Notes: generated by a model from the letters alone, not told the origin. A stretch of DNA of 64,000 nt from Octopus sinensis (GCF_006345805.1 NC_043003.1:60574001-60638000), one strand, 5' to 3'. Shown: positions 23,781-37,983, numbered from the stretch's first letter. Program-made: numbers and translations.

Positions 23781-25089
23781 ATATGCATAGACACACGCAC
23801 GCGCACACACACACATGTATAAGCATGTGTATATATGTGTGTTTATGTGTGTATGTACATATACTTATATGCATGTATGCATGTATGTATGTACATAGAT
23901 ATTTGAAATTTCGTTTTTAATTCTTACAAAAGTATTTCAAAATGTGACCGTACGCATTATTCTAAACATCGATGTCACACATTAACCGTAACCTACTTTG
24001 GTACGTTCCTTGAATATTGAAACATCAGGGTCTTGGTATGGAAATGAGACAAGACCAAATGTTACGACCTAATAAAAGGAATTTCATTTATTTTCTCTCT
24101 ATGTTTATCATATTAGGGTGCAGATTCTTCAATGTCTATAACGTCCCAGTCACTTTCGGAAAACCTTTTTGCCAAAAAACTATGGTCGAGGAACTTTTTT
24201 AACTCATTTACCTCCCCTTCACACACATCTCTTTCTTTCTCCTCTCATATGCATAAATATATACATACATGTGTATACATGGGTGTGTGTAAACATATAC
24301 AAATATGCAAACATACACAGATATATGCATACATATATATATATATATGTGTGTGCATATCTATATATGTATATAATATTTTGTATATGTTAGCTTTAGA
24401 TTTCCTTATTTATTTTTATTTATTTTACTGAAAAAAAACATTGAGGAATTTTTTATGCCATTTTTATGTTTTTTGTCCCCTTCTTTCATTTATTTTCTTT
24501 GTTAGTTTGTTTGATTTCTTTCTCTGTGAGGACAGAGAGATAATCAAATATACACACTCATAAAAATATAATAAACATTGCCACGCTAACAACAATATAA
24601 AAATATAAATACAGGCCAAACAAAAAGAAAAAAAGAAAAGAAAATGTGATGAATCCAAGCGACAGGCTAGTTGTTAAAGCAAATTCTGTGTCGCATCCCT
24701 TATAATAAAGTTGTATTTTGCTGCGGGAATAACTCGTTGGATAAACAAGTCAGTTGCTTTATGTTAAGTTCTTAGTTTAAGTGTGAGAAAATAAAATTAC
24801 CGTCCTCTAGCTTTTGGCCAAAACATTTCGCCTAAGAGACTCGTTTTATAAGACAGACAACAGGACAAATATTCAATCAGAGCAAAGCTTCGATTTTCTT
24901 GAATAGAATCTAAAACGTAATAAAGAAAAGCTAAGTCTTGCCTGGGGCAGTAGCGAATTGGTTTTCGCAAATAGTCACCCAACGTTCTTCTTTATTGAGA
25001 CGATGATTTTTCTCAGAGACTGCAACGTATATACTAATGTCATCTACGCTTCTTTAAACATGATAGTTACCAAATTCTCAGATTTGTTT

Positions 25090-25720
<631 letters not shown>

Positions 25721-26091
25721 AAACGGGTACATACACACATACATATATCTGTTTGTGTGGCGGGGAGTAATTCGTTTGTATTTTATTTACATGTAGGTGG
25801 TGTATGCCCGTTTCGGCTTGTGTGTGTGTGTGTGCATGAACGTGCTCTTCTCTTTGTTTATCTAGTTGATTGGAATATTGTCTTGTTTTTGGAGATTCTT
25901 TGCTTTTGTTTTTTTTGTTTTTTTTATATATTAATCATGCTGGAGCACTGTCATCAATTCTTGTCGTCTTTTACATCTGGCTTTTTAAATTTGGCTGGTT
26001 ATTTATTTATTGGTCATTATCACCATCATCATCGTCATCATTATTATCATTATTATTATTGTTGTTATTGTCGTTATTGTTTTTGTTGTTG

Positions 26092-26127
<36 letters not shown>

Positions 26128-26939
26128 TATTATTATTATTATTATTGTTATCATTTTATTTGTGTCGTTGGTGTTTTAATTGTTATGTTGTTTGAGACAC
26201 GTTATGCCGTTCTTGATTGTCTAAATAATAGTTTTGTTGATAGTTAATTCTTGTAATGTTTGCCTCAATATTTGTCTTGTTGGTTGTCAATGATTGTAAC
26301 CATATATCTGAAGTTGATGTATCAATGAACCGCTGGAGGCTTCCTTATTCTGATTGTAGCCGGCGGGAGTTTACTGATCAGAGACAAGAGAGAAAAAGAA
26401 AGAGGAAGAGAGGAAGAGAGAGAAAAAATCTATAAAAGAATCTTTTTTTGGAATTTTTTTTAATTTTTAAAAATATCTTTGACAAGTGCTATTGTCAGGA
26501 TTTTTTTTTATTCATTTCAGTAAACAGTTAAATAGCTGTTAAATAGTAGAATATACTTCTACATAGGAAGTGCTATTGTAATATAAAGTCGTTCGCGTAG
26601 TTAGTCGAATATTGAGCATTTTATGAAACCTACAGAATATTTCAGGAACATCGACCGTTAATGAAAAAAAAAAAAAAAGATCTGGTAGCATTTCGCTCAC
26701 TAATGAATCTTATTCAATTCTTTCTTGCTTGTTCTATGGAGCTCTGTTGATCACGAGTTATGCGTTAAGTGAGCTATGTTTGCGATCTTGTTTCGGTTTC
26801 TAGTAGAAGATATTTACCTCCACAGGATATCATAAATATCATCGAGCAAGATATTGTTGAATCACAATATCCAACGCACGACTTTCATGAGTCTAGTCGT
26901 TGTTCCATTCATCCTTACAGTATCGGTCGATTAAGGTAA

Positions 26940-27282
26940 AATAAAGTAAAAGTAAAGAACCCCTTCGGTCATGAATGGTCATGGGATTGCACCAAGAAAG
27001 TTCCCCTCAGAGGAACAAATCTGGGAAAAGCTGGTTATAGAAGACCAGCAGCCGCCCATGCATACCAGCTTCCCTTCTCCACGCCGATGTCATCCAAGGG
27101 AGTAGCAAAGGCCGATATAGCTTGGTACCTGTGACGTCGCAACTCATTTCTACAGCTGAGTGAACTGGAGCAACGTGAAATAGTGTCTTGCTCAAGAACA
27201 CAACACACAGCTCGGTCCAGGATTCGAACTCTCTACCCCATGACTGTGAGCTCGATGCTTTAACCACTGAGCATTGCACCTT
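26940..27282 (-). mobile_element. tRNA-derived CORE-type SINE 'family C'
   Basis: Reverse complement has A-box TCAGTGGTTAAAG, B-box GAGTTCGAATCC and CTTGAGCAAGACACT; homologous to 53232-53559. Confidence 0.92.
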
Positions 27283-28938
27283 TGCCAGATCAATTAAAGT
27301 ACCCTGAAAGTAACTGTGTTCATAAAGCTAACTATAACACCCAACCCAAGTTACGGGTCTTGACAACTATTTTAGAACCTATTATTTGTTGTTTTTGACA
27401 AGTACTATATAGAGTAAGGACAGCACTGAAATGTTCGGTTGTGTGAGGAATGGAGAGTGATTTAGTCACAGACGTCTAAAGAAACCAAGTTATAATTTCG
27501 TAACCGGTTGTAACAGAGCGCTCTTCTAGGATATATCACAAAACCTTCACAGACCGGAAAAGGAGATTACCCGGGACTCATAACTTTCTCAATGTCGCTA
27601 GAAGCTGAAATGATACCATCAATGTTTGACAGACTTGGAGATAAAGAAGTGATTTGCTGTATCCTTGTGTGGTCGATGTTCTAATTTAAAATCTTTCGTG
27701 TCCACGTCATAGGTCTGTTGACGCTAGTAACAGCTCACCTGCCCAGCATCGTATGAGTTTGTTATAAGTCAATAGATGAGTCTTTCGCCGAGACCGCACG
27801 TCACCATGCCAATTCTCATAACTTCACTAGAAAACAGAGGGCAATTTGGCTTCAGCTGCTCTGCACTACAAAAGGGCTATCTGTTTTCGATCCAGGAAGG
27901 CGCATCTCATATTTGTAACTAATCTCTATTATGTAGAAACTAATCCTCTTTCTACCACCGGAGGATCCTCTGGTATCATAGAAGTTGTTACATTTAAGTG
28001 CAGGGTACATGGCTGTATTGAAGAGTATCGATATGTTCTGAATGTGTAAACTCCGATGACATTGGTTCGATTATTCCTTGAGACATTTTACTTCATCTTC
28101 TCCTTCATATCACGAGTTACGAGTCATTTTTTCTTTCTTGATAATTTTCAATAACCTGGAGAGGGTTAAACTCTGATGAAGACTTCGAAAGTAATCCAAC
28201 ATTTTCAATTCAGTGTTTCAAACCTTGCTTTCACTCACAAGACCAGAATTGAACTCAGAACGCAATGACAGAATTCTAAATAATGTTCATCATTTAATCT
28301 GCCAAGTATATATCAATATGGATTTATTCTTTAAAAACAGAGCCAATTATCGAAAGAAGGAGAGGTATGAAGAACAACTGATTGACAAATGTATATGACA
28401 TGTACTTTATTTCACGAATCCTGTCCTGAAAGATTGACAGGTAAAATCGATATAAAGCCCGAACGGAGGCGAATGAAACTCAATAACGTTAAGCCTTTAA
28501 TCTGGATGTCTAAAGTTTCTGCCATTCAATAACTTCCAATATATGTCAATAGCATTAACAGCATTTTGTTTTTCTGATAGTTCTGTTGGTTGCTTTAGTT
28601 CCTCTGTCATAGCACTACATTTGTTTAAAATTACTTGTAGAAAAGAGATCAACAACATTACTGAATATACATGTACCATCTTGAAAATGGAGGTACATAG
28701 TGAATAATGTAGTCCTCGATATGCAATGACCAAGTATTGGAAGAAAAGGTCATAGCTAGTTCTAAGCTGGGACAAATAAAACAAAAACAATATTACAGAA
28801 GAATAGTTGTTGTACACAGTGATGTTAATTTCTTACTTAATTATACATGCAAACACACACAGATATACAAACACAACACAATACACACACACGCATACAG
28901 ATACGCACACACATACAGATACGCATATATATATACAT

Positions 28939-29027
<89 letters not shown>

Positions 29028-30069
29028 GTTTTTACTGAAACGGAAGCATTAGGTTTGTCTTATGACTCGAGTTTCACGCCACTGGTTTCATGGTTAGATG
29101 ACGTTTGTCTATCAATTTTATTCGTTGTTTATATAATTTTTTGTGATGTAGTATATTTCTTACAAATGTAAGTGGAAGAGAGCGTAATCAAACTATCGAT
29201 TTATATAGGATTCGTTGGTGAATTGGTATTGGGGTATGTTGATAATGGGCTATGCTTTGTGTGCGCGTGCGCATGTGTATGAAGTGGTGAATAAATGTTG
29301 TTTTCGCGAAAGCTTGTTTATTTCAAAAATATTTAAGGATATATCTATTACGTATAACCATAGCTAGAAGGTCATAGCTAATCTTCAATGAATAGTACTA
29401 GTGAGGAGCGAAAACATAAAAGACTCTAATATATAAGTTACCAAAGAGGTCTTCGATAGAACCGCCACTTACTTCAATAACAATGTTGAGGTCAGTGATT
29501 TTAATGATGATATCATAGAGTAATGATTGCCTGTAGCTGTCCCGCTATCATAAAATTATCACAAATTTCCAACCCAATCATTGAAGCCATAAGTTCATAT
29601 AGGAATGATACTGCATGTCTGTTGAGTGGATCATGAAGCAGTGATCAAACCTGTGTATTGGAGTCTGTACAACAACCTAAATTCAATAATTCGGAGGACG
29701 CTTCACGATAAAATTCTAACCGCGTCGTAAAACTGAGTACATCATGTCATGGAAGGTAGCCGATAAATCCAGATCATAAATAAATGCTACTCAAAGATGC
29801 ATGTTCTGCATTGCAGAAAAATGCATGATTTTAAGAAGCTTGCGGAAGCCAGAATTGTTCCATAATATTAAGAGAGAGATATTCAACCATTGCGTACACG
29901 AAAGAGAATTCATGCTTAGATATGAACAGACTCCCATAAACCCACTTTCAAACCAGGGAAATGTTTTTTTTTTTTTTTCTACCTCTATAAAGTTATGTTC
30001 CGAAAATATTTTTACATATATTTTTCAGCATTTATTTTCTCGGATATTTGTATATATACACACATAAAT

Positions 30070-30109
<40 letters not shown>

Positions 30110-30511
30110 GGATATACATATATATGTGTGTATACACAGACACAAGAAATATCAGGTTACGGAATTCCACACTTGCAGCAAATGTAAAGAATGGCCAGCT
30201 ATTTTGGGATAGGGCTTGTAATTCGACCTTTACGTTGTTCTTGCTTAGATATAATATTATGCTTAAAATAGAACGGCTTTATGTATGTTGTTTGATTCAA
30301 CGTGTAGATACGGTGGTCTTTCAAGCGAAAACCAAATGTTTACGTGAGGATTTTCAAAATGTGGAAGGTGCAACTTGTATTTCGACACACACTTGCATAC
30401 ACCCAGATACCATATTTTGCATATATACGCATATATTGACTTATGCCCACGATATTGTTTTGTATGAGATTCAATGTCTCAAGTGTCACCCTATTTTTAA
30501 GGCTATATGTA

Positions 30512-30718
30512 CGAGCTGGCAGAAGCGTTAGCATGCAGGGTGAAATGCTTAGCGGTATTTCGTCTGTCTTTACGTTCTGAGTTCAAATTCCACCGAGGTC
30601 AACTTTGCCTTTCATCCTTTCGAGGTCGATTAAATAAGTACCAGTTACGCACTGGGGTCGATATAATCGACTGGTCCCCTCCAAAAATATTCGGGGCTTG
30701 TGCCTAGAGTAGAAAAGT
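30512..30718 (+). mobile_element. SINE 'family B'
   Basis: GAGCTGGCAGAAGCGTTAGC...GAGTTCAAATTCC...GCCTTTCATCCTTTCGAGGTCGATTAAATAAGTACCAG; about 12 copies in the window. Confidence 0.9.
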
Positions 30719-31037
30719 ATTTGTGCGAATTTCTATAAACTGTTATTCCCTATCAACCAACGAACACTCTCTGCAATAATAGTCCTCTTTTTATGCCTTT
30801 TCTGCACTCATTTTCTGATGCGTAAATCTTGGTTTGAAACCGTTCAAAAGCTCCTTAATTTGCACATCATTGAAAGAATAGTTGGAACTTCCTGAGATGA
30901 TACAAAAGCTGTTACTCATAATCCTGAGGATCGGAAGAAAATTATTCCTCAGGCAGGATAGACGCAAAAACATTGTTACATTGTTGTTGTAACTGAGCTT
31001 TCTTAGAAAAGCATGTCTACTTGGAGTTTTATTTGTA

Positions 31038-31177
31038 GGGAGTGACTGTGTGGTAGGTAGCTTGCTTACGAACCACATGGGCAAGTGTCTTCTACAATAA
31101 CCTCGGGCCAACCAAAGCCTTGTGCGTGGATTTGGTAGACGGAAACTGAAAGAAGCCCGTCGTATATATATATATGC

Positions 31178-31211
<34 letters not shown>

Positions 31212-31440
31212 TTGTGTGTCTTTGTTTGTCCCCCCCCCCCAACATCGCTAGACAACTAATGCTGGTGTGCTTACGTCTCCGTAACGTAGCGGTTCGACAA
31301 AAGAGAGAATCGATAGATTAAGTACTGGGCTTACAAAGAATAAGTCCTGGGGGCGATTTTCTCGACTAAATGCGATGCTCCAGCATGGCCACAGTCAAAT
31401 GTCTGAAACAAGTAAAAGAGTAAATAGTAAAGAGAGTAAG
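31038..31440 (+). mobile_element. SINE family A (deletion in head)
   Basis: Homology to 2186-2718. Confidence 0.88.
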
Positions 31441-31480
31441 AATAGATCAGCACCAAGATTTAAGGCGTCAAATAATCACC

Positions 31481-31606
31481 ATACTCGTAGAATGTGTCAA
31501 AAGAAAACATTATTGTAAACAAAATTGAAAACAAAATTGTAATTTGTAACTTAAATGTAGTTTAATTTTTACGAATTTGTTTTCTTTTGACACATTCTAC
31601 CAGTAT
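31481..31606. mobile_element. 126-bp mini-MITE with 29-bp TIRs
   Basis: ATACTCGTAGAATGTGTCAAAAGAAAACA vs reverse complement ATACTGGTAGAATGTGTCAAAAGAAAACA (28/29); TA near both ends. Confidence 0.7.
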
Positions 31607-32262
31607 ACGAAGTTTCAAATTGTTTAGTTAACTAGGAAAATCTGGCCTTCAAAAAGAAAAGATCCTCTACATGTAGTAAGCAAACATCATGTTCAGCAAG
31701 ATACTATGGAACTGGCTGAAGGTCTGAAGAATTCACCGAAGATGTGATTGAAGGTCCCTCGAAAAACTTATTGAATAAAGAGCCAATGATGTTGGAACAA
31801 CACCGAGCGACAGGGCGAGAAGAGGATACAGAAGTTCCACCTGTTCCACTTTAGTTGATTGTAGAGAATATGATTAACGGATTGGTTTTTACAGATAACA
31901 AGCCTAATAGTGAATGTAACATAAATTTACAAAAAAAAGCTACATAACAAGCTCCGTTTGTATACTAGGTGTGGTGGGAGATAGCATACCGGTAATATCA
32001 AAGAACTTTGGATAAGTTCTCTAGCCCTATAGCAAATGCTGCTGCTGTTGCTGTGGCTATTGCTGTTGCTGCAAGTTGTGATGATGATGATGATGATGAT
32101 GATGATGGTGGCGGTGGTGGTGGTGGTGGTGGTGGTGGTGGTGGTGGTGATCTATGTGCTGAGTGGAAAGTAATGTCCCGCTTCCCAGGAAATCCGATTG
32201 TACCAGCTTCTGTCACAGAGCAGTCGACAGAAATTTCGGTGTATGCATACCATGCTTATTAT

Positions 32263-33161
32263 ATACTAGCTGACGTACACAGTAATTCCCGGGAAAGCGG
32301 GGTTTATCCCTTGGCTTCGTTCTCATAATTGTTTCGCTAATTCAATAACAACAATACAAAACATGTAGCCCTTAAAATAGTTTTTGTGCATTTACAGAGA
32401 ATATCGAACTGTCTTACATAGGATCTTGTTTTTAAGAATTCCCAATAAGTTATGAATACCCAAATTGTGAAGTCAGTTATGTAATAGCTACCCGATAGTA
32501 AGAATTATGTAATTAGTTACCCGATAGTAAGGATTCAAATAAAGCAGCCCCGAAAAGGGTTTTAATGCATTCTCAGAGTTTAGAGAACTTAGGAGGAAAT
32601 ACTAATAAGGTATGTATACTAAAATCGTGAAACATGTTACGTAATAACAGGCAAATCGGATATGAGATAATAACAATTCAAAGTAAATAATTCTGGAAAG
32701 GGCTTTTTACGTTCCCAGAGAATATTACCCTCAGCGGCGCTAGTGTTGGTTAATTCTTGAATAAGTCACTAACCGAAGTAAGTGGATCTATTGTTTAGGA
32801 AAATACTATTTACTTGTTTAAGGGTTGTACTGGATAAAGTACGAAAATAACTCTGACAGTTCAAATACTAAGAAATAAGCATACTCAATTTGATTTATAC
32901 CAAATGATTTAGGAAAATGAAAGGGTTATTTCCCTTGGCTATTAATATGAAATGTATTAGATATATATATAAGGATCCCTCCCAGGGGCCTATTATCGAT
33001 TTTTTTTTTCAACAATGTAAGTATACCATGAGGTTTCCAGACATATATACTAACTACTCACGTGTCAAGTTTAATCAAAATCGAGGAAACGATGTAGGAG
33101 GAGTTAGCTAACAACTCTACAAACACACCCACAGACAGATTTTCGCACGTATGTAGCAGAT
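32263..33161 (+). mobile_element. Helitron-derived non-autonomous element (tentative)
   Basis: 5' ATACTAGCTGAC...CCCGG; 3' region GTGTCAAGTTTAATCAAAATCG...AGGAGGAGTTAG...ACAGACAGATTTTCGCA...GAT resembles Helitron-N/Lep1-type ends as I recall them. Confidence 0.45.
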
Positions 33162-33296
33162 CCTTATGTATGCTATAATGTGTATTACTTCAAACGTTTT
33201 ACGAATAAATAACGTACGTATGTGGGGGATCAAAGATTGATATATTCATGTATCAAAGTTATTTATCTGCTTTTCTTTTTCGAGGGAGGGAAAAAG

Positions 33297-33337
<41 letters not shown>

Positions 33338-33342
33338 GAGAC

Positions 33343-33387
<45 letters not shown>

Positions 33388-33550
33388 TAGACAATGCTAT
33401 TGAAACACTTTCCAATTTGTAGCATAAAAATTAATGAGTAAACAAGGCTTGGCGTTACGAAATTTCACGTGATTGTAAGATTTTCAAGAATGTGAAGGGG
33501 ATGCTGATATATAAATAGGTAAATATATAGCAATGTATAGATGTATATGC

Positions 33551-33599
<49 letters not shown>

Positions 33600-33631
33600 T
33601 ATATCATGTATGTAGATAGATAGATAGATAG

Positions 33632-33696
<65 letters not shown>

Positions 33697-33852
33697 TACA
33701 CATGCATGTATGTATGTGTATATACATAAATACATTTATATATATAGCGCAAAAAGTAAAGACCTCTTCGGTCAAGAATGATCACGGGTATGAAACCGTT
33801 GGTCACCTTTGACCGGACATATACTTAACTACATATAAATAATGTGTGTGTG

Positions 33853-34230
33853 TGTGGTTGCGTGGTAAGTAGCTTGCTTATCAACCAACATGCTTCCGGG
33901 TTCAGTCCCACTGCGTGGCACTTGGGCAAGTGTCCTCTACTATAACCTCGGGCCGACCAAAGTCTTGTGAGTGGATTTGGTAGACGGAAACTGAAAGAAG
34001 CCCGTTGTATATATATTTATGATATGTATTTGTCTGTGTGTGCCCCTCACCATCGCTTGACAACCGATGCTGGTGTGTTTACATCCCAGGGATTTAGCGG
34101 TTCGGCTTAAGTGCTCCATAGAATAAGTACTAGGTTTACAAAGAGGTCCTGGGGTCGATTTGCTCGACTAAAGGCGGTGCTCCAGCATGTCCGCAATCTA
34201 ATGACTGAAACAAATTAAAGAATAAAAGAA
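33853..34230 (+). mobile_element. SINE family A, full length
   Basis: Homology to 2186-2718. Confidence 0.9.
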
Positions 34231-34269
34231 TATATATATATATCATCTTTTATGTTTTTATCTCTAAGC

Positions 34270-34460
34270 TGTTTCAATTATTAGATTGTGGCCATAATGG
34301 AGTACCGTCTTTAAGGGATTTAGTCGAAAAACTCGATGCCAGGACGTATTTTTTTAAGCCTAATACTTACTCTATCGACCACTTTTGCCGAAACGCTAAG
34401 TGACAGGGGCATAAACACAACACTGGTTACCAAGCGGTGGTGGTGGGGACAAACACTGAC
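34270..34460 (-). mobile_element. SINE family A, diverged 3' half
   Basis: Reverse complement of the 3' part (TTTGCCGAAACGCTAAG, GGGGGACAAACAC). Confidence 0.7.
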
Positions 34461-34758
34461 AAGCACACACCCACAAACACACGCACGCACACACGCGCAC
34501 ACATACGCACTCACACACACATATATATAAGCATGCATAATGCATAAACACTTAATAAAATATCTAATTATTAAAGTGGAAAAATTATCAGAAAGGCCAT
34601 TTCTACTCATTTTTTCAAATATGTGTGTGTATATTATATTATATTATATCATTTATATATATATGTAAACAGACACACACACACGCACACATATATGCAT
34701 GGATACATGTACATATACTTGTATACATACAAATAAATATATATATACATATATACAA

Positions 34759-34819
<61 letters not shown>

Positions 34820-35051
34820 GCGTGTGTATATTTATAAAATTATATACACATAAACGTATAAATATACATTTACACTCACACACACATACATGCACGCACA
34901 CATACACGCATATACATTTTCGGACTTAAGTCGAATAGAAAAGAGCACTACAATTCCTTATTAGAGTATCCATATGACCGTATGAATATAGTAAGATCTG
35001 GCCTGCTTGTACTGCTATGATGTTGTATTATGTATATATAATAATCAAACT

Positions 35052-35244
35052 ATAGAGACAAGGCCTGAATTTTGTGGAGAGGGGGACAGTCACTAACGTA
35101 GACCCCAGTACTCAACTGATATTTAATTTATTGACCTCGAAAGGGTGAAAGTATAAATCAACCTCGGCGGAATTTGAACTCAAAACGTAGCGACAGGAGA
35201 AATAGCGCTAAGTATCTCGTCCAGCATGCTAACGATCCTGCCAG
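35052..35244 (-). mobile_element. SINE family B
   Basis: GACCCCAGTACTCAACTG...CTCGGCGGAATTTGAACTC...GCTAACGATCCTGCCAG. Confidence 0.85.
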
Positions 35245-35286
35245 ATAATAATGAAGTCAATACTAGCATTGATATATTGGATGTAT

Positions 35287-35362
35287 TTAATACGTACGTT
35301 TCGGGTCATTGCGCAGTAGATAAAAAGAAATTCCTCCTTTACACAAGATCTTCTTCAGTTAA
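35287..35362 (-). ncRNA. Degenerate type I hammerhead ribozyme motif
   Basis: Minus strand TTAA-CTGAAGA-AGATCTTGTGTA...TGCGCAATGACCC-GAAA-CGTACG-TA-TTAA: 4-bp helix I, palindromic helix III, GUA site, helix II with two A.C mismatches. Confidence 0.5.
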
Positions 35363-35519
35363 GACAATTCATACGTACAACACCGACTTCCCGGAAATTG
35401 ATTTTCCTGAAACTTTTATAACCCGCACTAATCGTCAAGGAGGAACCTCAAATTCCCGCGGCTGCCAGACTAGTTTACTGATAGCTTTCACTTAACAGTA
35501 GTTTTGCATCGTACTGTAT

Positions 35520-35735
35520 TCATCATCATCATCATCATCATCATCCAGTGTTTTAAATCCAATTTTTGTCCCAGTTAACGGAGGTGATCGGATCTAACTC
35601 AATACCATAGCAACCGATGTAGGCAGGTGCAGCCCACCCCAACACTTTGGCTGACTGGTGCCCATTCTCCTTTGCTATAATGAGACTTTTGGGGACTGTA
35701 TTTTCTACGGAGAGCATGCCCTTGCTTATCCCAAC
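35520..35735 (-). mobile_element. Old diverged relative of the RTE-type bipartite element at 9977-10413
   Basis: Reverse complement GGTTGGGATAAGCAAGGGCATGCTCTCCGTAGAAA resembles GGTTGGCGTTAGGAAAGGCATCCATCTGTAGAAA; ends in (GAT)n. Confidence 0.55.
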
Positions 35736-36002
35736 CTCAGTTTCTAGACATGAGTGGTCCCGAGACCAAGGTCTCTTCCTCGATTTTTAAGAAATGTGGT
35801 GGAAAACTAGCTCAGGAAGACGCTACCCTCTGAGACCTCTTAAGGATCCCCCCTACATAACAGCATTATTAAACTTCAATCAGTTATACTAATGATATCA
35901 GTGTATCATCTTATTATTATGTAAATTTAATATAGTTTCATTTAATGTGTGTTATCCAAAGCAACCATCCCAGGTTCGAAAAAATCAGTAACCCAGAAAG
36001 GT

Positions 36003-36170
36003 AATACAGTTCTATATCTAAGAGATGAGGAATTATGTACATTATTTATATTATTTACATTATTTACATTTGACCTGATGAAGGCTCGAGGGTATATCTG
36101 CCGAAACGTTGTGTTAACAACAAACAAGACGAGGACAAATATCCGTCAAATGTAAATAATGTAAATAATG
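36003..36170. mobile_element. 168-bp Penelope/retrozyme-like insertion with 13-bp TSD, perfect 25-bp inverted repeat and hammerhead core
   Basis: TSD AACCCAGAAAGGT at 35990-36002 and 36171-36183; IR 36050-36074 / 36145-36169; hammerhead core 36075-36110. Confidence 0.8.
36073..36112 (+). ncRNA. Minimal type I hammerhead ribozyme core (helix I truncated)
   Basis: CTGATGA-A-GGC-(14 nt)-GCC-GAAA-CGTT: intact core, extra A before helix II, palindromic AACGTT helix III, only 2 bp of helix I. Confidence 0.7.
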
Positions 36171-36921
36171 AACCCAGAAAGGTTTCGGAAAATCGATTTT
36201 GTAGCAGCATATAAAGCCTTTGGTGGTGGTGATGGTGGTGGGGGTGTGGGTAATACAGATTAAGAGAGTTGATCATTGGGCGTTTGCTGTCGGTGTGGAA
36301 GCTATGGCCAGATAAATTCTGGCTTGTTTGATGGTGAAAAACCAGAAACACCAGATGAAGAGTGCATACATCACTAATTATGTTTCCCACTTAATCCAGA
36401 ACTATCTTCTACATAACTTTTCTTTCTTTCTTGTTGATAAAGCATTCCTACATATTCTTTGATATTCTTTCATTCTTTTATTCGTTTCAGCCATGCAGCT
36501 GCGGTCATGCTGGAGCACCACTGATCTACTACGATCCCCCCCACCCCTAACCCCGTATCTCTCTGCCTCATCGCTTATCTGATATCCTTACGTTTTCGCA
36601 TTCGCACGCATACCTTTTCCCCATACCCAGTGCAATAGATTTCTCTCTCCCTTTCTTTACCGCTTCCTACACACCCACACACATATACATACATACATAC
36701 ATACACAGACACATACACACATACACACATACACAGACACACATACAGACACACGCATACACACATACACACAGATACACACATACACAGACACACATAC
36801 AGATACACACATACACACATATGCACTCATACACTCATATACACTCATATACACTCATACACACAGACACACACATACACACTCATACACAGACACACAC
36901 ATACACACACGCACACGCACA

Positions 36922-36956
<35 letters not shown>

Positions 36957-37345
36957 CACACACACACACACACACACACAGAGGGACACATTAATCCATT
37001 GATTTCCTATTTTCACATTCCTTCCATAGTTATTTCCTTGCTCCCTGCCTTTTTTTTTTCATACACACCTATACATACACAAACAGATCAATGTTCTCGC
37101 ATCACAGGGATTTTCTTAAATATCTCTCTCCCACACGCATACTTTAAACACACACACACACACACACACACACATAAAACAACTGTGTCTCACACGCATG
37201 CGTTCATGTATGTATAGAAAGAAGCATACTCTCGACAGGTGCACATACACATACATGCATAAACACACATACCCCTCTGTGAAGGCCTGCCTCGTTCCAT
37301 TTATCGTACAGATATACAAGCATGTGAATCCTACAACAGTTCTTC

Positions 37346-37389
<44 letters not shown>

Positions 37390-37403
37390 CCTCTCTGTCT
37401 CTG

Positions 37404-37474
<71 letters not shown>

Positions 37475-37512
37475 CCTCTCTGTCTCTGTTTATCTCTCTA
37501 TCTATCTATCTG

Positions 37513-37568
<56 letters not shown>

Positions 37569-37583
37569 CCTCTCTGTCTCTGT

Positions 37584-37630
<47 letters not shown>

Positions 37631-37696
37631 CCTCTCTGTCTCTGTTTATTCTCTATCTATCTATCTATCGTCTATCTATCTATCTATCTATCTATC

Positions 37697-37736
<40 letters not shown>

Positions 37737-37914
37737 CCTCTCTGTCTCTGTTTATCTCTCTATCTATCTATCTGTCTATCTATCTATCTGTCTATCTATC
37801 TATCTATCGAATATTGATCGAAAACCAAACCCCCTTTTTTTACCCCCAAAAGAAAAGCTCTACCTTGTAATTTGTCCTGTCTGTGTGCAGCCCTGTGTGG
37901 CTAATAAAGAAACA

Positions 37915-37983
<69 letters not shown>

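Noticed and set aside
28173-28195. CTGATGAAGACTTCGAAAG
   Set aside because: Helix II would have a 2-nt loop; no helix III or helix I.
28640-28715. ENGGT motif resembling a Tc1-type transposase C-terminus
   Set aside because: Too short, with no TIR or upstream catalytic motifs found.
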